A stretch of 33,113 nt of DNA from assembly GCA_040756235.1 (NCBI GenBank), contig JBFLZG010000118.1, forward strand, positions 1-33,113, in the 5' to 3' direction. Position numbers and translations under genes: made by a program. The stretch is from a bacterium (GTDB lineage Bacteria; Desulfobacterota; DSWW01). Position 1 is the stretch's first letter. Each line of letters opens with the position of its first letter. This document shows, in pieces, positions 25,448-33,113 of the stretch. The notes beneath the pieces are model-generated. The model was not told the origin of the DNA and ran no database searches. It worked only from the letters and a program-made list of their open reading frames with translations.

Positions 25448-25643
25448 GAAGGTCCGTGGCAACCTCCAGAGGCGCGATCACGTATCGGTGCAGGGAGGTC
25501 CCTCGCCGTGCTCGGGACTTCGGATTGCCGCGTTCGCGAGTCGGTAGGCGCGGTTCCATCCTGCCGGGGCGCTCTTTGTAGGGGCGAATGATCATTCGCC
25601 CCTGCCCTGCGTGTGCCCGTTTTCAAGGCCGTCGGTTGCCACG
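25448..25643. repeat. CGTGGCAACC inverted-repeat pair enclosing REP palindromes
   Basis: GAAGGTCCGTGGCAACC at the left end, GGTTGCCACG (25634-25643) at the right end; internal GTAGGGGCGAATGATCATTCGCCCC (25578-25602). Confidence 0.6.
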
Positions 25644-25746
25644 CCACGACGACAGAGCCGCCCGGCCTTCTCGCAATTCCCGCCGCCGGCCGGTAAAATG
25701 GAGGCGCATCACCCACTACAGCCTGCAACAAAGAGACCGGACAGAA

Positions 25747-26334
25747 GTGAACCTTCCCGACGAAGACCTCTGCCGCGAGCTGATGTCCCGATACGCCATG
25801 CTGCCGCACATCGTGGAGCACAGCTATCGCGTCTGTCAGCTCGCCGTCTTTCTCACCCGGGTCCTCAACCGCAACGGGTCGCGCCTCGATCCGGACCTGA
25901 TCCTGGCCGGCTCCCTCCTGCACGACATCACCAAGACCCGGAGCATCGAGACCAAGGAGCGCCACGCCGAGACGGGGAAGCAACTGCTCCTGGAGCTGGG
26001 TTACCCGGAGGTGGCCGAGGTGGTCGGCGCTCACGTGACCTTCGAGACCGGCGATCCGGCGCAGCCGGTCAACGAGACCGATGTCGTGAATTACGCGGAC
26101 AAGCGCGTCATGCACGTCCGGGTGGTCTCGCTCGAGGACCGGTTCGAAGACCTCGTCGCGCGCTACGGCAGGACGCCCGAGGCCAGACGGCGGTTGGAGA
26201 TGCTGCGGGAGTCCGTCCTCGAGCTCGAGCGCAAGGTCTTCGCCGCAGGCCTCGGCTTCGCGCCGGAGCGCCTCCAGGCCTTCAACCGCCTCTCCCCTTA
26301 CGACCTGTCGGCCCTGCCGCCGGACTTCCCCTGA
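25747..26334 (+). CDS. HD-domain metal-dependent phosphohydrolase
   Basis: HIVEHSYRV, LLHDITK, RHAETG, VGAHV, NYADKRV. GTG start inferred; upstream ORF extension runs through repeats. Confidence 0.85.
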   Translation: MNLPDEDLCRELMSRYAMLPHIVEHSYRVCQLAVFLTRVLNRNGSRLDPDLILAGSLLHDITKTRSIETKERHAETGKQLLLELGYPEVAEVVGAHVTFETGDPAQPVNETDVVNYADKRVMHVRVVSLEDRFEDLVARYGRTPEARRRLEMLRESVLELERKVFAAGLGFAPERLQAFNRLSPYDLSALPPDFP

Positions 26335-26375
26335 GCGCTACCGGCGCACCGCAGCTCTCTCCGCAGGTCTGCTTT

Positions 26376-27485
26376 TCAACGACCGAGCTTCTGCCCCGCC
26401 ACGCAGGAAAGCCCTTTGCCCTCCAGGGCGGCTTCGAAGCAGCGGTTGTCCGATAGACAGGTCGCTCTCTCCCGGTTTCCGGACTTCCACCGGTTGATGA
26501 GATCCGGCTCCCGGACCAGCGGACGGCACAGGGCGATGTAGTCGGCCATCCCCTGATCCACAAGCTTTTCTGCTACGCTGAAGGAACGTATGCCGCCTAC
26601 GAGAATGAGGGGAACCCGCATCCTTTCTTTGAATCGTGCCGCGGCATCACGGTAGTAGACTTCGCTCTCTTCCGACCTGGTCGCTTCGGTGCGAGCAAAG
26701 GAAAACGTGCTCTGCGGATCCATGGTCCCGCCGCTCATCTCGATGGCGTCCACGCCCGCCTCCTCCAGCATGGCCGAGACCTGGAGCATGTCCGCAACGC
26801 TCAGGCCACCTTCGATGAAATCGTCCGAGTTGACCTTGATCAGAACCGGGAAATCGTTTCCGACTGCGGCCCGCACGCACCGTACCACCTGGAGATCCAT
26901 CCGCGCGCGGTTTCCCACGCTTCCTCCATACTCATCTTTTCGCCGGTTGTAGTATGGAGAAAGGAACTGACTCAGCAGGAAACCATGGGCGCCGTGTATT
27001 TGGACTGCGTCAAAGCCGGCTTTCACGGCCCTTGCCGCAGCTTGGCCGAAGGCCTCCACGGTCCGCACGATGTCTTCCTTGGTCATTTCCTTGCAGGTCG
27101 TGGCATTCCCGGGTAGGGATGCGGAAGGGCCAAGCGCATCCAGTTCGGTGACCTCGGAGACGGCCCGGCGGCCTGCGTGTGCGAGTTGCAGCGCGATCTT
27201 CCCTCCTGCGTGATGGACGGCTTCCGCCGCTCTTTTCAGACCGGGAAGCAGACGGTCGGAATGCGATCCGACCTGCCACGGCAGGGCCTGTCCTTCCCTG
27301 CTCACGTAGGCATGGCCCGTGATGATGAGCCCCACACCACCCCGGGCCAGCTCCGCCAGGAGATCGATGAGCCTCTCCGGCCACGAACCGTCCTCATGGG
27401 CAATGCCTTCCCAGGTTGCGGACCGAACAAAACGGTTGGGCAAGGTCAACCTCTTGATGGTCGTTGTCTCAAAAAGTCCGGACAT
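26376..27485 (-). CDS. NADH:flavin oxidoreductase (Old Yellow Enzyme family)
   Basis: NRFVRSATWEG, LQLAHAGR, GFDAVQIHGAHGFLLSQFLSP, RKDEYGGS, RPLVREPDL, CLSDNRC; GAGGAGG RBS. Confidence 0.93.
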   Translation of the reverse strand: MSGLFETTTIKRLTLPNRFVRSATWEGIAHEDGSWPERLIDLLAELARGGVGLIITGHAYVSREGQALPWQVGSHSDRLLPGLKRAAEAVHHAGGKIALQLAHAGRRAVSEVTELDALGPSASLPGNATTCKEMTKEDIVRTVEAFGQAAARAVKAGFDAVQIHGAHGFLLSQFLSPYYNRRKDEYGGSVGNRARMDLQVVRCVRAAVGNDFPVLIKVNSDDFIEGGLSVADMLQVSAMLEEAGVDAIEMSGGTMDPQSTFSFARTEATRSEESEVYYRDAAARFKERMRVPLILVGGIRSFSVAEKLVDQGMADYIALCRPLVREPDLINRWKSGNRERATCLSDNRCFEAALEGKGLSCVAGQKLGR

Positions 27486-27594
27486 CGAGGCCTCCTCACT
27501 CTTGAGTGTTCAGGCAAAGGGTAACGACTCGCCCCTGCTGCATCCGAGTGCTCTCGTTCAGAGCATTGCAGATCACCTCCCCTGTGAGCAGTAT

Positions 27595-27606
27595 GTGTAT
27601 ATGCAC
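27595..27606. promoter_or_regulatory. Putative MarR operator GTGTATATGCAC upstream of the OYE gene
   Basis: Near-palindromic 12-mer, exact reverse complement of the site at 28967-28978. Confidence 0.7.
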
Positions 27607-27685
27607 GCTTAGCTTCGAGAAAACACCCGGTTCAGCCTGATGGGGGTTCGATCCTCGCCGAATCAGGAGGCGGGCGATCTGTCCT

Positions 27686-28375
27686 TCAATATCCGATCGA
27701 TTGGCCGATGAGAATGACCGTGATGTCGCTGAGCAGCGGCCGCTTGTGCAGGATGAGCGTGGCCCGGCAGAGTCGCTCCGGTCGGTCGCAGTCTACGCAA
27801 ACCCCTCCCTTCACACAGGGCAGGTCCAAGTTCAGGCTCCTGGCCCGCAAGGGACCCGCAACCTCGCGCAGACGGCGAAAGGCCGCATGGAGGTCCTCGA
27901 CGATCTTCTGGACGCCCACCAGCAGGAAGACTTTCGAGGGCCCGAAGGTGGTTGCGCCGACACGGTTCCCGATGCCGTCCCGGCTCACGAGCTCGCCTTT
28001 CTCGGTCACGGCGTTCACGCTCGCCAGGAACACGTCACAGGTCAGCTGCGCCTTGCGCACGTCGAAAGGGGAGGCCCCCTTCGTGCCCCAGGGCATCCCT
28101 TTGTCCACCACACAGGTCAGCGACTCATCCCAGTGATCCAGGAGAACCGCCCCCTTTGCCTGCAGGGCTTCCGGCAGCCCGAGATCGCGCACGGTCCGAG
28201 ATCCGCCCACCCCCACTCGCATTCCCGGCCGGACGGACTGGAGCACGAGATCCTTCGCTCCTGCTCCATCGGGAATGAAAGAGGTCTGGAATTCGTTCTT
28301 CTCGAGGGCCCTCAGGGTACGGGCGACCCTACCCTCGAGCATTTCGTCTTTGCTCCAATCCTTCTGCTCTTTCAC
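27686..28375 (-). CDS. LUD-domain (lactate utilization LutC/YkgG-like) protein
   Basis: VGVGGSRT, DVFLASVNAVTEKGELVSRDGIGNRV, VGVQKIV, C-terminal LPCVKGGVCVDC...LC; GTG start after GAGGGAG. Confidence 0.88.
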   Translation of the reverse strand: MKEQKDWSKDEMLEGRVARTLRALEKNEFQTSFIPDGAGAKDLVLQSVRPGMRVGVGGSRTVRDLGLPEALQAKGAVLLDHWDESLTCVVDKGMPWGTKGASPFDVRKAQLTCDVFLASVNAVTEKGELVSRDGIGNRVGATTFGPSKVFLLVGVQKIVEDLHAAFRRLREVAGPLRARSLNLDLPCVKGGVCVDCDRPERLCRATLILHKRPLLSDITVILIGQSIGY

Positions 28376-28410
28376 GAGGCTCCCTCTCTTGAGCGCGCGG
28401 CTGCAAATCA

Positions 28411-28422
28411 GTGTATGTGCAC
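28411..28422. promoter_or_regulatory. Putative MarR operator GTGTATGTGCAC upstream of the LUD gene
   Basis: One mismatch to the other two sites; lies in the 65-nt gap between the marR and LUD genes. Confidence 0.65.
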
Positions 28423-28440
28423 ATTCTTGACCGAAAGAAA

Positions 28441-28908
28441 TCATCCTTTCTTCGTGACCGAGGCCACCCGGGACAGTTCGCGCAGCAGATGGTCGATGCG
28501 CTCCTGCCCGAACTTGCCGATGACGTGATCTTGTGCCTTCTCCCACAGGGGCATCGCCTTGCCGAGCGCTTGCCGGCCTTTGGCGGTGAGGACGATCCGC
28601 TTCACCCGCCTGTCCTCGACGGGCTCGCAGGCGATCAACGAGCTCTGCTCGAGCACCCTGAGGTTGCGGGTGCACGTGGTGCGGTCCAGCAGACTTTCGC
28701 GGGCCAGCCTGGTCATGGGGACCGGCCCGAGCTTGCCGATGGCGAGCAGCAGACCGAACTGGGTCGTCTTGAGCCCGGAGGGACGGAGGGAGCGATCATA
28801 GAACTGGGTGATCACACGCGCGGCACGCCGCAGGTTGCCGCACGCGCAGCGCAGCTCGACCTCGGCGTATCTGCGCATCTCCAGGGAAGCTTGCGGCCGG
28901 TTGGCCAT
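28441..28908 (-). CDS. MarR-family transcriptional regulator
   Basis: CACGNLRRAARVITQFYD, GLKTTQFGLL, LDRTTCTRNL, EDRRVKRIVLTAKG; GGAGG RBS. Confidence 0.92.
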   Translation of the reverse strand: MANRPQASLEMRRYAEVELRCACGNLRRAARVITQFYDRSLRPSGLKTTQFGLLLAIGKLGPVPMTRLARESLLDRTTCTRNLRVLEQSSLIACEPVEDRRVKRIVLTAKGRQALGKAMPLWEKAQDHVIGKFGQERIDHLLRELSRVASVTKKG

Positions 28909-28966
28909 CGCGTGTCCTCCGTCAGGCGCGAACCGCAGGGCCCGACGAGAGGGCCCGGCTGGTAAC

Positions 28967-28999
28967 GTGCATATACACGATTATCGCAGGTTTTGTCAA
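28967..28999 (-). promoter_or_regulatory. marR promoter region: TTGACA -35 with operator over the expected -10
   Basis: Minus strand TTGACA (28999-28994); GTGTATATGCAC (28978-28967) covers the -10 position. Confidence 0.7.
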
Positions 29000-29023
29000 C
29001 CCACTGCCTCATGGAAGTTGCGT

Positions 29024-29193
29024 GAAGGTCCGTGGCAACGCCCGGGCTACCTGGGGATCGGCACGCTCGCAGATCTGGAGCTGTGATTGGTGGACACGCT
29101 ACGCTTTGTCCACCCTACCGAGTGTTCACAGGGCTTTCCGGCGGCTTGCCGCGGGATCGCCACGCTCGAGGGCGACGCATGCGTCGCCCCTAC
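29024..29193. repeat. CGTGGCRAY inverted-repeat pair plus two GTAG REPs
   Basis: GAAGGTCCGTGGCAAC (29024-29039, identical to 25448-25463) and GGGATCGCCACGC (29153-29165); REPs GGTGGACA...TGTCCACCCTAC (29089-29118) and GGGCGACGCATGCGTCGCCCCTAC (29170-29193). Confidence 0.75.
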
Positions 29194-29236
29194 AACAGGG
29201 CGGGCCGGCTGCACCTCTCGCGGCAAGGAGGCAAGA

Positions 29237-30409
29237 TCACGGCTCGAGGGAGAGCGGGTAGCGGCCGTACTGCTCCACCGCCTCGAGCATCCAGCGCAGC
29301 CGCTCCAGGGACATCGTGTGATGGCTGTTCGTGGGCGCCACCATGTAGCCGCCCCCGCGGCCGGCTGCCGCGATGCTCTTTCTCACCGCCTCGAACACTT
29401 CCTCGCGCGTGGCGTCCACCAGGATGTGGGTGATGTCGAGATTTCCGATCAGGCACAGCCGGTCTCCCACGAGGCTCTTGACCTTGGCGAGCTCGACCCC
29501 GGCCGTGGGCTCCAGGGCGTGGACGCCGTCGAAACCGCAATCCGCAAACCACGGGAGCAGCGGGACCACGTTGCCGCAGGAGTGGACGATGATCTTGAGC
29601 CCCAGGGCATGGGCGGTCTCGATGATGTGCCGGAAGGCGTCCCCGTAAAGCTCCTCCATGAGGGCCGGAGCGAGCATCGGCCCGGACCGGTACGCCATGT
29701 CGTCCGTGTACACGGCGCCGGGGACTCCCGCGTCGGCCCAGGCCTCCAGCATCATGCAGAAGTGGTCCCGATAGAAGCGGATCACCCGCCGGACGAATTC
29801 CTTCTCCTTGCGCAAGGCCACGGCGAACCGCTCGAAGCCCATGGGCTGCCAGGTGTTCTCGAACAGACCGAAGAGGAAGCCGGGCATGACGAAGATCCGG
29901 TCGCCCAGGTCTCTCTGGATGCGCGCGAAGGCGCGATTGGCCCTGTCGGGCAACCGCAACAGGTCCCGCTTGCTCCAGCTCTTCCAGTCGGCCGGGCTCG
30001 TGATCAGCCCTTTCTTGTACAGAGGCGTGGCCAGATTCCCTCTGCCGTCCACGATCACGTCGTACTGGCGGCCGTAGATGTCCACGGCAACCTTGGAGTC
30101 CTGGAAGTGCCAGATGGGCACGTGCATGACCCAGGCGGCATCGTAGCCCATCTTCACGGCCGCGGCCGTCCGATCGTAGGAGAAACGGTCCATCTCGATG
30201 TAAAAGACGTTGGCCCGGGTCAGGAGGGGGGCCGCTCGGTCGATCACCCGGCGCGCGTAGCGGTTGCTGAAGAGGAACCCGGAAGGGAAGGGCCTCTTAC
30301 CGAGGACCTCGTAGATGTTGCCGTACTCTTCCATCACGTCGAAGGTGGGCACGCGGTCCGCTTCGCGGCGCTCCAGCGCAGCCAGCACTCTTTCGTGACA
30401 GGCAGACAT
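29237..30409 (-). CDS. Uroporphyrinogen decarboxylase / corrinoid methyltransferase (MT2) family protein
   Basis: ERVLAALERREADRVP, YTDDMAYRSGPM, IVHSCGN, HALEPTAG, CLIGNLD, GGGYMVAP; AAAGGAGG RBS. Confidence 0.88.
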   Translation of the reverse strand: MSACHERVLAALERREADRVPTFDVMEEYGNIYEVLGKRPFPSGFLFSNRYARRVIDRAAPLLTRANVFYIEMDRFSYDRTAAAVKMGYDAAWVMHVPIWHFQDSKVAVDIYGRQYDVIVDGRGNLATPLYKKGLITSPADWKSWSKRDLLRLPDRANRAFARIQRDLGDRIFVMPGFLFGLFENTWQPMGFERFAVALRKEKEFVRRVIRFYRDHFCMMLEAWADAGVPGAVYTDDMAYRSGPMLAPALMEELYGDAFRHIIETAHALGLKIIVHSCGNVVPLLPWFADCGFDGVHALEPTAGVELAKVKSLVGDRLCLIGNLDITHILVDATREEVFEAVRKSIAAAGRGGGYMVAPTNSHHTMSLERLRWMLEAVEQYGRYPLSLEP

Positions 30410-30448
30410 GGCGTCCTCCTTTCGGGGCGGATGGCGCACGGGAGTTTC

Positions 30449-30539
30449 CGGAGATTGCGAGGCCTTGCGAAGCAACCTCCGGGCTCAGCCGCGCTCAGGG
30501 GGTTGCTTCGGCCGCCTTACGGCTCCCTCGCAATGTCCG
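30449..30539. repeat. Long intergenic hairpin, degenerate CGTC-type REP dimer
   Basis: CGGAGATTGCGAGG / CCTCGCAATGTCCG outer stem and CGAAGCAACC / GGTTGCTTCG inner stem. Confidence 0.65.
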
Positions 30540-30546
30540 CAACCGC

Positions 30547-31179
30547 CTACGCGAGAAACCGTTCGAAGATGCGAATCGCTTCGACCGGATCCTGGCCGAC
30601 CGCATCCACGCCCAGGCGCCGGGCCAGCTCCGGCGTCGTGCAGGCGCCCCCGATGGCGATCTTCAGCCCGTCCCGCAGGCCGGCCGCGCAGAGCGCGGCC
30701 ACGGTATCCGCCACCGACTGCACCATCGGCGTGAGCAGGACCGAGAGCCCGAGCGCCCGCGCCGCATGGACCCGGACAGCCTCCACCACCTTCTCCGGCG
30801 GCACGTCCACGCCCAGGTCCACCACCCGGAAGCCGGAACCCTTGAGCATGTTGGCCACCAGGTTCTTGCCGATATCGTGCACGTCGCCTTTGACCGTGCA
30901 GAGCACCACGGTGCCCTTCTTGCCGAGGTTCTCGACCGCCAGATGAGGCCCCAGGATCTCGAGCCCTTCCTTCATGATCTGCCCGGCGATCACGAGGTCC
31001 ACGAGATAGTACTTGCCCTGTTCGAACAGCTCCCCTACCTTGACGACCCCCGCGCTCATCGCCTGCAGCACGGAGAGGGGTTCCACGCCCGCAGCCAGGG
31101 CTTCCCGCACGAGCGCGGCGATCCGCTCCAGCTCGAGTTGCACGACCGCGGCGGTGATCGTTTCCGGTGATGGCTGCAT
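30547..31179 (-). CDS. Methyltransferase-cognate corrinoid (B12-binding) protein
   Basis: Cap domain VGELFEQGKYYLVDL plus DxHxxG motif TVKGDVHDIGKNLV, DLGVDV, IGGA; AAGGAGG RBS. Confidence 0.93.
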   Translation of the reverse strand: MQPSPETITAAVVQLELERIAALVREALAAGVEPLSVLQAMSAGVVKVGELFEQGKYYLVDLVIAGQIMKEGLEILGPHLAVENLGKKGTVVLCTVKGDVHDIGKNLVANMLKGSGFRVVDLGVDVPPEKVVEAVRVHAARALGLSVLLTPMVQSVADTVAALCAAGLRDGLKIAIGGACTTPELARRLGVDAVGQDPVEAIRIFERFLA

Positions 31180-31376
31180 CTCGGCCTCCTTCGCGGCTTG
31201 ACCGCCCTGCAAGCGAGCAAACCCCGGTCGCTCGCTTCGTCAGGCTCGGGTACAGGGATATTCGAGCACGACCGTTTTGTCGAGGTCAAGAACGAAACTC
31301 TTTTATTTGATTGTTGGTGGATAGCGGACTATAAGGGGGGCGGCTGGAAGAAACAATTCCGCACCTGGGTGGTCAA

Positions 31377-32930
31377 ATGACCCGGGACCACATCCTGGCC
31401 ATCGACAGCGGCACGCAGAGCGTGCGGGCCCTCGTCTTCGATTTCCGGGGAGAGCTCGTGGCGAGCAGCCGGGTTCCGTACGAGCCCTACTTCTCCTCGG
31501 AGCCCGGTTGGGCCGAGCAGGATCCGAAGGTCTACTGGGACTCTCTCTGCCGGGCTTGCCAGGCCCTCTGGCGGGAGCAGACCGTCTCCAGAGAAAGCCT
31601 GGCCGGCGTGGCCCTGACCACTCAGCGGGCGACTCTGGTGAACGTGGATGCGTCGGGCGAGCCTCTGCGTCCGGCCATCGTCTGGCTCGACAAGCGGCGC
31701 AGCGAGGGGGTCGAGCCGATCGGCGGTTTCTGGGGGCTGATGCTGCAGCTGGCGGGTCTCTCCGCTACGGTCGCCTACATGCGCGCCGAATCCGAGGCGA
31801 TCTGGCTTTCCCGGCACCAGCCGGAGATCTGGGCACGGACCCGCAAGTTCCTGTTCCTGTCCGGCTATCTGACGTTCAAGCTGATCGGCAGGTTCGTGGA
31901 TTCGGTGGGCTGCCAGGTCGGCTACGTGCCGTTCGACTACAGGTCCCAGCGCTGGATTCCCGGAGGGGACTGGAGGTGGAAGCTCTCGGCGGCAACGCCG
32001 GAGATGATGCCGGAGCTGGTGCCTCCGGCTTCGATCATGGGAGAGATCACCCGGGCGGCTGCAGAGGAAACCGGCATCCCGGAGGGCCTGCCGCTCGTTG
32101 CCGCAGCCGCCGACAAGGCTTGTGAAGTCATCGGTTCCGGCTGCCTGGAGCCCCACCTGGGGTGCCTGAGCTTCGGGACCACGGCCACCCTCAACACCAC
32201 CCAGAACCGATATGTGGAAGTGATCCGGCTCTTTCCGCCCTATCCGGCGGCGGTCCCGGGCAGCTTCAGCCTGGAGGTGCAGGTCCTCAGGGGCTTCTGG
32301 ATGGTGCGCTGGTTCAAAGAGGAATTCGGCCTGCGCGAGCGGCTTCTCGCGGAGGAAAAAGGGGTGGAGCCCGAGGTCCTGTTCGAGGAGCTGGTCAAGG
32401 CCGTTCCTCCAGGCTCGCAGGGGCTCGTGCTGCAGCCGTACTGGTCGCCCGGGGTGCGGTTTCCGGGGCCCGAGGCCCGAGGCGCCATCGTGGGGTTCAC
32501 GGATCTCCACACGCGGGCCCACCTCTATCGGGCCATTCTGGAAGGAATCGGCTTTGCGCTGCGGGAGGGCGCCGAGAGGATGGCCAGAAGAACCGGGACT
32601 GCCGTGCGGGAGCTGCGCGTCGCGGGCGGCGGCAGCCAGAGCGACGCCGCCGTGCAGCTCACCTCCGATATCTTCGGGCTGCCGGCGAGCCGCCCTCACG
32701 TCTACGAGGCCTCCGGGCTCGGCGCGGCGATCGATGCCGCCGTGGGGCTCGGAATCCATCCGGACTTCGCGGCCGCGGTCAAGGCCATGACCCGGCTGGG
32801 CCGGAGCTACGCGCCCGACCCGGAGGCACACGAGCGGTATACGGAGATTTACGAGAAGGTCTACCGCCGCCTGTACGGGCGTCTGCAGCCGCTGTACGAG
32901 GCGCTCCGGAAGGTCCTCGCGCGCGGCTGA
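31377..32930 (+). CDS. FGGY-family carbohydrate kinase
   Basis: [55 protein letters not shown]. Confidence 0.92.
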   Translation: MTRDHILAIDSGTQSVRALVFDFRGELVASSRVPYEPYFSSEPGWAEQDPKVYWDSLCRACQALWREQTVSRESLAGVALTTQRATLVNVDASGEPLRPAIVWLDKRRSEGVEPIGGFWGLMLQLAGLSATVAYMRAESEAIWLSRHQPEIWARTRKFLFLSGYLTFKLIGRFVDSVGCQVGYVPFDYRSQRWIPGGDWRWKLSAATPEMMPELVPPASIMGEITRAAAEETGIPEGLPLVAAAADKACEVIGSGCLEPHLGCLSFGTTATLNTTQNRYVEVIRLFPPYPAAVPGSFSLEVQVLRGFWMVRWFKEEFGLRERLLAEEKGVEPEVLFEELVKAVPPGSQGLVLQPYWSPGVRFPGPEARGAIVGFTDLHTRAHLYRAILEGIGFALREGAERMARRTGTAVRELRVAGGGSQSDAAVQLTSDIFGLPASRPHVYEASGLGAAIDAAVGLGIHPDFAAAVKAMTRLGRSYAPDPEAHERYTEIYEKVYRRLYGRLQPLYEALRKVLARG

Positions 32931-33087
32931 GAGAACCCGTGGGGTGTTCGTGGGATTCAAGAATGCGCATTACTACATGTGGCTGATTGTCTTGGGTCCC
33001 ATCGTGATCGCGTTGCTTCTCACATGTCTTAAGAGCTGTTTCTAGCTGTTAAGGTATCCTCGCCCGAAAAGGCCTTCGCGGGACGCT

Positions 33088-33111
33088 GTAGGGGCGACGC
33101 ATGCGTCGCCC
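33088..33111 (+). repeat. GTAG REP palindrome
   Basis: GTAGGGGCGACGCATGCGTCGCCC, the reverse complement of 29170-29193. Confidence 0.85.
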
Positions 33112-33113
33112 GT

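Noticed and set aside
31180..31376. Possible cobalamin riboswitch upstream of the corrinoid gene
   Set aside because: Only a simple AAGCGAGC/GCTCGCTT hairpin; no B12 box.
31329..32960. 543-aa minus-strand ORF
   Set aside because: Antisense shadow of the FGGY kinase gene.

Overview
GC-rich bacterial chromosomal segment. The gene content (corrinoid protein, UroD/MT2-family protein, ferredoxins, LUD protein, ThiDN, CTERM-sorted surface protein) suggests an anaerobic deltaproteobacterium-like organism; this is an inference. The left third holds the start of a minus-strand iterative type I PKS/Pfa-like lipid synthase operon: ER-ER-KS-AT-ACP-KR (3054-10631), then KS-AT running off the window edge (1-2796, missed by the ORF track). 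The rest is a mixed metabolic region: a DUF488/YeaO-Mesh1 (alarmone hydrolase-like) fusion, amidohydrolase, MBL hydrolase, nitroreductase, thiDN, mltA, a 1325-aa acidic surface protein, a ferredoxin plus a decayed Fe-S gene, ybgA, EEP and HD proteins, a MarR-LUD-OYE unit with three matching operator palindromes, a corrinoid/MT2 pair and an FGGY kinase. Intergenic spaces carry GTAG- and CGTC-type REP palindromes and a second inverted-repeat family (CGTGGCRAC). No rRNA, tRNA, CRISPR array or transposase was seen. Family calls come from motif recognition, not database searches.
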